Assembly: GCA_017481115.1 (NCBI GenBank)
Contig: JAFUPP010000039.1
Coordinates: 1-64,000, forward strand
Source of the DNA: Clostridia bacterium
GTDB lineage: Bacteria > Bacillota > Clostridia > Oscillospirales > Acutalibacteraceae
Reading direction: 5' to 3'
Length of the DNA stretch: 64,000 bases
Made by a program: the position numbers and the translations under genes. The notes under the pieces were generated by a model. The model ran no database searches. It was not told the origin of the DNA and saw only the letters and a list, made by a program, of their open reading frames with translations. Shown here piece after piece: positions 8,111 through 17,185 of the stretch (its first letter is position 1; every line of letters begins with the position of its first letter).

Positions 8111-9358
8111 ATGCGCAAAAGAAGAATAATATCCGCTGTTTCATTCATTTTATCCCTCACCCTGATGCTGACCTTTTGGGGTTGCGGTACCACCGTAAAG
8201 GCGGAGGATCTTATGGAGGGTATTACCGCCTCAAAGGTGGACGGAAAAAATAGTGACGAAAAATTTTTAGATTCACAGTTAAACTTCGCAATACAGCTTC
8301 TTCGTCAAAACGGCGGTGCGACCGACAACACCGTTATGTCCCCTGCATCTATCGCACAGGCTCTTGCAATGGTGGCAAACGGCACCGACGGCGAGACCCT
8401 AAAGCAGATAGAAACGGTGCTTGGCAAGGGTATTTCGATCGACGACCTTAACCGATACTACTATTCATTTTTGCAAAATTTAAGATCTGACAATACGCTT
8501 ACCTCGGTAAACTCTGTTTGGTTTAATGAAACCATTGCTGTAAAAAGGGATTTTCTGCAAAAGAATGCCGATTATTACGGTGCAGATGCATATGCCACTC
8601 CCTTTGACGCAGATACAGCAGAGGACATCAACAACTGGGTAAGCAACAAGACCAACGGACTTATACCCGAAATAGTTGACAGTGTTGATTCGTCAATGGT
8701 AAGTATTATTCTCAACGCGATGTACTTTAATGCCGAATGGGAAGAAAAATATGAGGATACCGACCTTAAGGATTACCAATTCACTTCGGTTACGGGTGAA
8801 AAGCAGAGGGCTACCTATATGATAAGCTACGAGAATTATATCAGCGACAACAAAACATTCGAAGGTATAATGAAGCATTACAAGGGCAAAAAATACGCCT
8901 TTGTAGCGGTAAAAAGTATGGACAAGAGAATAGGTGCAGAACCCGACTACACAAAATTTATAACCGAGGATCTTAATTCCGAGGCTTTAATGAAGGCAAT
9001 GAAGAATATCAACGAAGGCGCCAGAACCTATATTCCAAAATTTAAAATTGAATATGCAGATTCTCAAATAGAAGCTTTGAAAAAAATGGGAATAACAGAC
9101 GTATTCGACCCTGAAAAAGCAAATTTATCTGGCATTTCAAACAACTCTTCCTATATTTCATCTGCTGTACACAAGGCTGTTATTGATGTAAACGAGCACG
9201 GTACCGAGGCGGCAGCGGCAACGCAGATGACCGATGTCATTTCCTCGTCAAGCGGCAAAACCAAAACCGTCGCCTTTGACTGTCCGTTTATCTATATGAT
9301 AATAGATGCCGAGACCTTACTTCCCGTATTTATCGGAAGTGTAACAAGCATGAACTAA
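8111..9358 (+). CDS. Secreted serpin-family protease inhibitor
   Basis: Signal peptide followed by serpin motifs: NTVMSPASIAQALAMV, the FNAEW shutter region, the hinge GTEAAAAT and then a reactive-centre loop, and a C-terminal FDCPFIYMIID. Confidence 0.85.
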   Translation: MRKRRIISAVSFILSLTLMLTFWGCGTTVKAEDLMEGITASKVDGKNSDEKFLDSQLNFAIQLLRQNGGATDNTVMSPASIAQALAMVANGTDGETLKQIETVLGKGISIDDLNRYYYSFLQNLRSDNTLTSVNSVWFNETIAVKRDFLQKNADYYGADAYATPFDADTAEDINNWVSNKTNGLIPEIVDSVDSSMVSIILNAMYFNAEWEEKYEDTDLKDYQFTSVTGEKQRATYMISYENYISDNKTFEGIMKHYKGKKYAFVAVKSMDKRIGAEPDYTKFITEDLNSEALMKAMKNINEGARTYIPKFKIEYADSQIEALKKMGITDVFDPEKANLSGISNNSSYISSAVHKAVIDVNEHGTEAAAATQMTDVISSSSGKTKTVAFDCPFIYMIIDAETLLPVFIGSVTSMN

Positions 9359-9365
9359 AATATAA

Positions 9366-9407
9366 ATAAAACCCCGTTTGGAATTTCCAAACGGGGTTAT
9401 TTTTTAT
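9366..9407. terminator. Bidirectional terminator between the serpin and flotillin genes
   Basis: CCCCGTTTGGAA-ttt-CCAAACGGGG followed by TTATTTTTTAT. Confidence 0.75.
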
Positions 9408-9433
9408 GCTGTACTTCTACAATTCAGCTATGT

Positions 9434-10873
9434 TTATTCCTCGACAGCGGTTTCGGGTTCGGGCTGTGACTCGACGAGCGGTTGCTCTGCTGTTTCACCC
9501 GCTTCAACCGTTTCGGGAAGTTTTTTGCCTAAAAATTCAGGAAGCTGCATTCCTGCCATAGCGAATACCTCTTCAAGAGGAGGTACCGACTTCATCATAC
9601 CTGAGATAAAACCTGCTGTTGCGCTTTTACCGTTGGTATTTTGACCGTTATCCCAAACCGTGATCTTGTCGATCTTAATATTCTTGATAGCCTCGACCTG
9701 TACGCGCATAAGATCCTCGAGCTTATCGGCAATAAGCAGCTTTAATGCTGCCTCTGCATCGCCGCCTGCAGATTTTACGATCTCTGCAAAACCGGCTGCC
9801 TGCTTTTTAAGGATCTCTTCCACGCCTCGTGCTTCGGCTTCCATCTTGGCATAGATAGCATCAGCTTCACCCTTTGCTTTTCTGCGTATCTGCTCTGCCT
9901 GTGCTTCTGCTTCAAGCTCGAGCTGACGCTTCTGGGCTTCGGTCTTTACGATAATATCTGCTTCAAGTGTTGCCTGCTCCTTATGACGTCTTGCTTCTTC
10001 TGCCGCTTTTTCAGCTGCATATGATTCCTCAAGGGCACGTGCCGCCTGTATTTTTTCGGCGGTGGTGGCAATTTTTAGAGCCTCTGCCTGCTTCTCCTTA
10101 AGAGCCGCTTCACTCATTGCGATCTTCATCTTGGCCTCGTTTTCACCCTGAATGGCTATTGAGTCTGCCTCTGAGACCTTGATACGCTGATCCATATTTG
10201 CGTTTGCTTCACCGATCGAACCGTCTCTTTCCTGCTCGGCAACGCTCCTTTTAGCATCGTTTATCGCCTTTGCGGCCGCCTCTTTACCGAGTGCGGCAAT
10301 GTATCCCGATTCATCCGAAATATCGGTAACGTTAACGTTGATAAGACGAAGACCTATCTTTTTAAGTTCGGTCTCAACGTTTGAGCTGACGGCTGCCAAG
10401 AATTTATCACGGTCGGTATTGATCTCTTCGATATCCATTGTTGCAATGATAAGACGAAGCTGACCGAAAATAATATCCTTTGAAAGCTCCTGAATTTCAG
10501 AAAGCTGAAGTCCGAGAAGTCTTTCTGCGGCATTCTGCATAACGCCGGGCTCGGTTGAGATACCTACGGTAAATCTTGAGGGAACATCAATACGAATATT
10601 CTGTCTTGAAAGAGCGTTCTTAAGATCTACCTGAATTGAAATAGGTGTAAGGTCCAAAAATGAATAGGACTGAAACACCGGTACTACAAACTCTGCACCG
10701 CCGTGTATACACTTAGCACTGCGGTTTGTGCCATCCTTGTTTTTACCGATCGAACCGTAAACTACCATTATCTTATCTGACGGGCATTTTTTATATCTTG
10801 AACACACCCATACGATAAAAGACACGACGATCAGAACGATCGCACAAATTAATAATACTGTTCCTGCTTCCAT
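9434..10873 (-). CDS. floT: Flotillin/SPFH (band 7) family protein
   Basis: An N-terminal transmembrane helix, an SPFH domain, and a long Ala/Glu-rich coiled coil (EAQKRQLELEAEAQAEQIRRKAKGEADA). An NfeD gene is the upstream partner. RBS GGAGG. Confidence 0.85.
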   Translation of the reverse strand: MEAGTVLLICAIVLIVVSFIVWVCSRYKKCPSDKIMVVYGSIGKNKDGTNRSAKCIHGGAEFVVPVFQSYSFLDLTPISIQVDLKNALSRQNIRIDVPSRFTVGISTEPGVMQNAAERLLGLQLSEIQELSKDIIFGQLRLIIATMDIEEINTDRDKFLAAVSSNVETELKKIGLRLINVNVTDISDESGYIAALGKEAAAKAINDAKRSVAEQERDGSIGEANANMDQRIKVSEADSIAIQGENEAKMKIAMSEAALKEKQAEALKIATTAEKIQAARALEESYAAEKAAEEARRHKEQATLEADIIVKTEAQKRQLELEAEAQAEQIRRKAKGEADAIYAKMEAEARGVEEILKKQAAGFAEIVKSAGGDAEAALKLLIADKLEDLMRVQVEAIKNIKIDKITVWDNGQNTNGKSATAGFISGMMKSVPPLEEVFAMAGMQLPEFLGKKLPETVEAGETAEQPLVESQPEPETAVEE

Positions 10874-10890
10874 AATTACCTCCGTTAATA

Positions 10891-11529
10891 TTATTTACGC
10901 TTTACAACAAGCGTTGTTTGTCCACTGATTCCGATAACCACGATTTCCATACCCGTGGGGATGGGCTGAGATTCATCGGTGACTGCATCTCGCTCTACAT
11001 AGGAGCCTTGAATAAGTACATTAACCTTTCCTGCTCCGCTTCTTGCGGCAGGAACGGTAAGATACACCGTTCCGGATGTTCCCAATGCGTTGCGGTTATC
11101 GATATTTCCGTCGTTTCTAAGACTCATTACCCAACGCATAAGCAGTGCCAGTATAAGCATCATTACAAATCCCGAGGCTACAGCAGCCGGCAGTGATATC
11201 CAAAGTTTGACCCCTGCTCTGTCAAGCACAAGTCCTACCCATCCGAACACCACCATAAAGGCGACTATTCCTCTGACCGTAAATATGCGTAGACCGTCAA
11301 GTCCGCTGACATCTGTATCTACCTCGACGATATCCTCTCCGAATACACCGTCGCCGTCGGCAATACTGCCTTCAGACAGTATTTCTACCGAATCAAGTCC
11401 GTCCGCTGCGTCATCACCTATACCGATGAACATCATCACCGTCTGAATTAACAGAACAAGTGTTGCGGGAGCGGCTATACAGACAAAAATTTGAGAAACT
11501 ATACTGAGTGATTCCCACCAAGTAAACAT
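10891..11529 (-). CDS. NfeD-family membrane protein (YuaF-like flotillin partner)
   Basis: Multiple transmembrane helices plus a C-terminal OB-fold (GTVYLTVPAARSGAGKVNVLIQGSYVERDA). RBS GGGGGGAG. Confidence 0.8.
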   Translation of the reverse strand: MFTWWESLSIVSQIFVCIAAPATLVLLIQTVMMFIGIGDDAADGLDSVEILSEGSIADGDGVFGEDIVEVDTDVSGLDGLRIFTVRGIVAFMVVFGWVGLVLDRAGVKLWISLPAAVASGFVMMLILALLMRWVMSLRNDGNIDNRNALGTSGTVYLTVPAARSGAGKVNVLIQGSYVERDAVTDESQPIPTGMEIVVIGISGQTTLVVKRK

Positions 11530-11550
11530 TTTTTCTCCCCCCTTCTTAAA

Positions 11551-12102
11551 TTACTGCAGTGTTGATAAAAGCTCTTCTGCTTGTTTACGATAGAGCGAAG
11601 CATAGTGTGCATATGTCATTACCTGCAGTATCTTTATAAGTCGCGATTTTGCACCGGGTATGGGCTCATTATACCCGCTGACAGCATCCTCTGCCGCCGC
11701 GATAACGGTCTGCTCATTTCCCGAAACTCCCTTTGAAGCGATCATATCGGTATACATATGATACAATTCGCTGTCGTCTATAAGATCGTCGCTTTCGTCG
11801 TAGAGTTTTCCGTTAATATAACCCAACAGTCCGCAGATCCGATCTATCTGCAGTGTTTCGCGAAGCATATTAATAATAACTATGCGTGCAAATTGATTTT
11901 TTGAATATTGGCGTTTCTGCGGCGGTGAAACATACCCTCGCTTTACCCAGTTTTGAATATGATAGGGTTCAAGTCCTGTCATTACCGAAACCTGCGAAAG
12001 CGTTATTCCCCCCGCAGCAAATATTCCGTCGAACATCTGCCTTGAACTGCCGTTTTTTAGTTGGGCGACCTCGATCGTGGTCCCCGGAAGGATTGTTGCC
12101 AT
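11551..12102 (-). CDS. DUF1836-family protein (putative HTH regulator commonly found next to NfeD-flotillin operons)
   Basis: The segment GITLSQVSVMTGLEPYHIQNWVKRGYVSPP resembles an HTH. RBS AAGGAGG. Confidence 0.65.
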   Translation of the reverse strand: MATILPGTTIEVAQLKNGSSRQMFDGIFAAGGITLSQVSVMTGLEPYHIQNWVKRGYVSPPQKRQYSKNQFARIVIINMLRETLQIDRICGLLGYINGKLYDESDDLIDDSELYHMYTDMIASKGVSGNEQTVIAAAEDAVSGYNEPIPGAKSRLIKILQVMTYAHYASLYRKQAEELLSTLQ

Positions 12103-12190
12103 GGCTTTCCTCCTTAACTAAGGTTGTATTGATTGTATCATACGGTCACGTGATTGTCAATAGCGATTTTATGATTTTTTATAAAATTTA

Positions 12191-12236
12191 TAAAAAATCA
12201 CCCTGTTTTTTAAAAACAGGGTGATTTTTGTTTTCT
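12191..12236. terminator. Bidirectional terminator downstream of mtlD
   Basis: AATCACCCTGTTTTTT/AAAAACAGGGTGATT followed by TTTTGTTTT. Confidence 0.75.
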
Positions 12237-13411
12237 TAGTGCTCCTGGATGATGTCCATAAGCTCCTTTGCGGTCTTGCCCTCTTTGATGAGGTTGTAGT
12301 AGTTAAGAATAATATCGTATGCTTCATTTGTGTTATCGAGCTGAGCGATATTCTTTAATATCTCCTCTGCGGGAGCAGCTGCATTTTCATCGAAGGGGAA
12401 GCACATTGCGGCGGCAATACCAAGGCAGATGTACTTGGGTGTTGTGCCGTGCTTCTGACAGTTGAGAAGTGCACCGACAAGACGGTCGTTGGGATCAAGC
12501 TTTCTCTTGATGTCGTTACCGACACGCTTTACGGTGTCGCCGAGCTGACGGTTTTTGAATCTGTAAAGAAGGTCCTCTACGTGCTCGTCGAGTTCGCGGT
12601 ATGCTACGTTATGCTCCTCTGCGAGTGCGATTGCCGACTCCTTCATTGCTCTGCCGACAAGTATCTCAACGTAAGGATCATCCATGCTCTGCCAGATGTA
12701 ATCTACGCCCTTTACTGCACCGAGATATGCGCTGATTGCGTGTCCCATATTGTGAATGAAGAGCTTTCTTTGAATAAAGAACTCAAAGGGGGTAAAGGGA
12801 ACCATATTTTTGATGTTGGGGATCTCACCCTTGAATGCTGCCTTATCAACGGGAAGGATACCAAAGCTCTCTACACAGACACGAAGGGGGTTGTCTCCCT
12901 GCATTTCGGGGGTCTGAACGGGTACCATTCTGCCTATTGATGCTTCAACAAAGCCGACCTTCTCGTCAAGAAGCTTCTTTTCCTCGTCGTTAAGAAGCTT
13001 TGCGACGTTTTCCTTAATATAGCTGTCTGCACCGATAAGGTTTTCGCAGATGATGATGTTAAGGGGCTTTGCATCGGGATTTTCCCATCTCTTTTTAAGA
13101 CCTGCGGCAATATTGCCGAAGATAAACTTAAGTACATTTACGCCGATAGCGGTGCACATAACGTCTGCGGTTGCGATTGCTTCTGCAATATCCTCAACCT
13201 TGGTACCGTCAACGCAGGAAACATTCTTTACCATTGTTTCCTCATAGGTATCCTTATAGAGTATTCTTACGGGATACTCGTGCTGTGTGTTAAGCTGTTC
13301 AATAACCTCAGGCTTTACATCGATAAAATAAACCTCATAGCCGCTCTCTGATAAAAGCTGACCGATAAAGCCTCTGCCGATATTACCGGCACCGTACATT
13401 ACTGCTTTCAT
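12236..13411 (-). CDS. mtlD: Mannitol-1-phosphate 5-dehydrogenase family oxidoreductase
   Basis: The N-terminus [20 protein letters not shown] matches MtlD ([20 protein letters not shown]). Downstream motifs [19 protein letters not shown] and [16 protein letters not shown] also match. The ATG at 13411 is preceded by AAAGGA. Confidence 0.85.
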   Translation of the reverse strand: [391 protein letters not shown]

Positions 13412-13449
13412 ATTTTTATATCCTTTCATAAAAGAAATTTATATTTATT

Positions 13450-14427
13450 TTAGAACATCAAAGAAACAACCTCTTGCTTTGTGATGCCCGAAAAATAGTC
13501 GTCTGTATTAATGTTATCAAAAACCTTTTGTATCTCCTTTGGATTAAACGGCAGATCTTTAAGTAAAGCTTCTATCTCGCCTGTGTCCTTCTTTGAAAAA
13601 TAGTCACCAAAGAATTTGATATCCGAAATCCTGCCATCGCGAAGGGAGAGACGGCACTCTAAAATTCCGCCGTCAAATTTTTTGCGGTTTATGATAGAAA
13701 AGTCTTGTTTAAAGCCAAAATTATACTCCCACCTATCGTACTTTTCACGCTGTATCTCCCTGATTTTTTGCATATCGCTTTGAGAAAGCGTATACATTTC
13801 GGCGTTTTTGTGGGTGTTAAGCACACTTTCACAAAGACCTTTTATAAAATCTTCGGGAGAAACAGGATTTTTCAGGTGGTCGTTTATATTTGTAACCCTG
13901 CTTTTAACACTTTTTATACCCTTTGACTGCACCTTTAAAGGATCGGGATTGAGTACACCCGTCATTTGTGATACATCGGCTCCAAGCATTACGGTGCCGT
14001 GATGCAAAACGCGGTCTTTATATATGCACTCGGCATTTCCCGAAAACTTTTTACCCATTATCAGCAGATCGTTCCTGCCCGAAAGTGTGGCGGTGATGCC
14101 AAGGGATTTAAGGTATTTAATTATGGTATCGGAGAAAAAGGAGTAGTCGGAAAAACGCTCCTCACCCCGCAATATGTAGGTAAAGTTTACATTACCAAGG
14201 TCATGAAAGACGGCTCCGCCGCCCGTCATTCTGCGAACAACCGAAATACCCTTCTCTTCAGCAAATTCACGGTCTATTTCGGCATATGCGTTTTGATTTT
14301 TACCAATTATTACGCTTTTTTCATTGCGCCAGAGCATAAAAAACTCATCATCGGTATGCTTTAAAAGATATTCTTCTGTTGCAAGGTTCACCCTTACATC
14401 GGTAGTTTCTAAAATTAAAACCTTCAT
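13450..14427 (-). CDS. lplA: Lipoate-protein ligase A
   Basis: EEYLLKH...VIIGKNQNAYAEID...GISVVRRMTGGGAVFHDLGNVNFTYI. It is 20 nt upstream of mtlD on the same strand. Confidence 0.85.
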   Translation of the reverse strand: MKVLILETTDVRVNLATEEYLLKHTDDEFFMLWRNEKSVIIGKNQNAYAEIDREFAEEKGISVVRRMTGGGAVFHDLGNVNFTYILRGEERFSDYSFFSDTIIKYLKSLGITATLSGRNDLLIMGKKFSGNAECIYKDRVLHHGTVMLGADVSQMTGVLNPDPLKVQSKGIKSVKSRVTNINDHLKNPVSPEDFIKGLCESVLNTHKNAEMYTLSQSDMQKIREIQREKYDRWEYNFGFKQDFSIINRKKFDGGILECRLSLRDGRISDIKFFGDYFSKKDTGEIEALLKDLPFNPKEIQKVFDNINTDDYFSGITKQEVVSLMF

Positions 14428-14438
14428 ATTATTTTAAG

Positions 14439-14468
14439 GTGCAACCGAGAGAAATCTCTCGGTTGCAC
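14439..14468. other. Perfect 13-bp stem / 4-nt loop hairpin between the E1 gene and lplA, with no adjacent U-tract
   Basis: GTGCAACCGAGAG-aaat-CTCTCGGTTGCAC. It is followed by about 200 nt rich in TTGAA/TTCAA half-palindromes. Confidence 0.6.
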
Positions 14469-14695
14469 TAAAATTTGTCTGTGGCTTTCCACCCCGAAAA
14501 ACCTGAATATACCATTCAAATCACAAAACTTTTGAACATTGAAATTCAAACGAATCGATTTGAGACTGAATTATTTTGTGGCGGATTTGAATGTTGAAAA
14601 AGCAGGAAGGCTTTGTGCCTTTCAATTTTGAAACATTTGAATACGACCAAAAGAAACTGTCTCAGGCGGTTCGGGTGGGTTGAAATGTTCCTATA

Positions 14696-17161
14696 TTAGA
14701 CGCCCATCTTGCTCTTTCTGAGGAGCTCGGTTGATGAGAAGTCAACACCTGCATTGTAGCCGGGAATGGGCATGATCTTTGCATGGATAGCATCGAGGAT
14801 CCACTCGGGCTGCGGGAAGAACTCGTTATCATACTCGAACGGAGGTGTGATCCAGTTCTTTGCACCGACAACAACGGGAGGTGCATCGAGGTAATCGAAT
14901 GCGAGCTGAGTGATGTTCTGTGCCATATCGTTGAGGATGTTACCTCTGGTTACAGCATCGGAAGCAAGAATGATCTTACCGGTCTTCTTAACGCTCTCGA
15001 TAACCTTGTCATAGTTGAAGGGAACGACTGAACGTGCGTCGATAACCTCTGCGGAGATACCCTTTTCCTCAAGAAGCTTTGCAGCATCCATTGCACGATA
15101 AAGGGTTGCACCGATGGTAAGGATGGTAACGTCTGTACCCTCTTTTCTTACTGCGGGCTCGCCGAAGGGGATCTCGTAGTAATCTGTGGGAACGCCTTCC
15201 TTAACGAACTGCTCACCCATATCGTAGATTCTCTGGCTCTCGAAGAAGATTACGGGGTCGGTTCCTGCGAGGGCTGTGTTCATAAGACCCTTAGCATCGT
15301 AAGGAGTTACGGGGAATACGACCTTAAGTCCGGGAACGTGAGCACAAAGTGCACACCAGTCCTGGCTATGCTGTGCGCCGTACTTAGCACCAACGGATAC
15401 ACGGAGAACTACGGGCATCTTGAGTCCGCCGCAGCTCATTGCCTGCCATTTTGCCATCTGGTTGAATACTTCGTCACCGCAGCATACGATGAAGTCACAG
15501 TACATAAGCTCTGCGATTACGCGGCCGCCTGCCATACCGTAGCCAACTGCTGAACCGACGATAGCTGACTCTGAAATGGGAGCGTTGAAGAGTCTGTGAT
15601 AAGGAAGTGCTTCGGTAAGTCCACGATAAACTGCGAATGCACCGTTCCAGTCACGAACGTCTTCACCGTAGGAGATGAGGGTGGGATCCTCATAGTACTT
15701 GTCAATAATTGCCTCGAAGATTGCATCACGGATGTTGTAGAGCTTGAGCTTGGGAACTGCCTTGCCCTTATCGTCAAATGCATATCTTGCCTTTGTTGCG
15801 TTCTTCTTAACAACCTCGTTGTCTTCCTTCTTCATACGAACAACAGGCTCACGGTCATCCATCTTTGCAACGTGCTGATTTGAGAACATAACGTTTTCGA
15901 TGTGTGCGGGGTTCTTCTCGTAATCTGTGTAGGGAGAAACCTCGTGATCTGAAGCGATCATAAACATTCTGTGGTTACGGTCGATGACCTTTTCCTTAAC
16001 AGCCTCGATCTCCTTCTTGGTTGCAACCTTTGCGTCGATGATCTGCTGGGGGAATACGGTGAGAGGATCAAGCTGTGCCCACTCTTCAACCTCTTCCTTG
16101 GTTCTGTAGGAGGAAACGTCTGAGGTGGAGTGACCGCTGAGACGGTAGGTGATAACGTCGAGAAGGACGGGTCCCTTACCTTCCTTAATGGTCTTGATCT
16201 TTCTCTTATAGCAATCAATTACTGCGAGGGGGTTCCAGCCGTTGATTCTCTCAACGTTGAACTGGTTGGGAGCAATTGCACCAAGTCTTGCAAGGTCGTC
16301 ATAGCACATGGTCTCGCCCTTTGTCTGACCGCCCATGCCGTAGTGGTTGTTGTTGAAGTTGAAGATGATGGGAAGGCCGCCCTTATAGCCATCCTCCCAA
16401 AGCTCTCTGAACTGGTCCATATTAGCAAAGTTCATTGCTTCGTAAACAGGACCTCTTGCTGCAGCACCGTCACCTGCGTTTGCAACTACGATACCGCCCT
16501 TCTGGTTGCACTTCTTATAAAGAGCAACACCTGTTGCGATGGGGCCTGAACCACCAACGATTGCGTTGTTGGGGAATATACCGAAGGGAAGGAAGAAAGC
16601 GTGCATACTTCCGCCAAGTCCGCGGTTAAAGCCTGCGTCCTTTGCAAAAAGCTCACACATAAGACCGTACATAAAGAAGTCACGTGCAAGATCCTTTACG
16701 TTGTCTGCGGTTGAGTACTTCTTAACGATCTCATAGTTCTTACCGCCGTTGAACTCTTCCATGATCTTGGTAAGCTCTTCGTCGGAAAGCTTCTTAATGG
16801 CTGAAAGTGCCTTTGCAATAACCTCGTGATGTGAACGGTGGGTACCGAAGATGAAGTCATTTGCATCAAGGTTATAGGCCTGACCTACTGCGGTTGCTTC
16901 CTCACCGATTGCAAGGTGTGAGGGGCCGGGATAGGTGAATTCCTTGTTGTTGTAGTTACCCTGAAGCTTGATTGACTGAAGCATTGTTTCAAACTCGCGG
17001 ATTGCTACCATATCTGCATACATACCGAGAAAATCTTCCTTTGAGAAGTTATCCTTTTCATCGGCAACTGTTTTGTTGTATGAGCAGACCTCAATGTCCT
17101 TAAACTTAATTTTTCTTTTTTCGAACTTGGGGCCGGGCTCAATGTACATTGACTTAGGCAT
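14696..17161 (-). CDS. 2-oxoacid dehydrogenase E1 component with alpha and beta subunits fused (821 aa)
   Basis: The N-terminal half is a TPP-binding E1-alpha (GGSMHAFF...ANAGDGAAARGPVYEAMNFA). The C-terminal half is E1-beta (ISYGEDVRDWNGAFAVYRGL...MYCDFIVCCGDEVFNQMAKW). RBS AAGGAGAG. Confidence 0.85.
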   Translation of the reverse strand: MPKSMYIEPGPKFEKRKIKFKDIEVCSYNKTVADEKDNFSKEDFLGMYADMVAIREFETMLQSIKLQGNYNNKEFTYPGPSHLAIGEEATAVGQAYNLDANDFIFGTHRSHHEVIAKALSAIKKLSDEELTKIMEEFNGGKNYEIVKKYSTADNVKDLARDFFMYGLMCELFAKDAGFNRGLGGSMHAFFLPFGIFPNNAIVGGSGPIATGVALYKKCNQKGGIVVANAGDGAAARGPVYEAMNFANMDQFRELWEDGYKGGLPIIFNFNNNHYGMGGQTKGETMCYDDLARLGAIAPNQFNVERINGWNPLAVIDCYKRKIKTIKEGKGPVLLDVITYRLSGHSTSDVSSYRTKEEVEEWAQLDPLTVFPQQIIDAKVATKKEIEAVKEKVIDRNHRMFMIASDHEVSPYTDYEKNPAHIENVMFSNQHVAKMDDREPVVRMKKEDNEVVKKNATKARYAFDDKGKAVPKLKLYNIRDAIFEAIIDKYYEDPTLISYGEDVRDWNGAFAVYRGLTEALPYHRLFNAPISESAIVGSAVGYGMAGGRVIAELMYCDFIVCCGDEVFNQMAKWQAMSCGGLKMPVVLRVSVGAKYGAQHSQDWCALCAHVPGLKVVFPVTPYDAKGLMNTALAGTDPVIFFESQRIYDMGEQFVKEGVPTDYYEIPFGEPAVRKEGTDVTILTIGATLYRAMDAAKLLEEKGISAEVIDARSVVPFNYDKVIESVKKTGKIILASDAVTRGNILNDMAQNITQLAFDYLDAPPVVVGAKNWITPPFEYDNEFFPQPEWILDAIHAKIMPIPGYNAGVDFSSTELLRKSKMGV

Positions 17162-17185
17162 TTTATTCTCTCCTTTTAGGTTAAA

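Noticed and set aside
9378-9644. Plus-strand ORF overlapping the flotillin 3' end
   Set aside because: Antisense to the flotillin coiled-coil region. Low-complexity.
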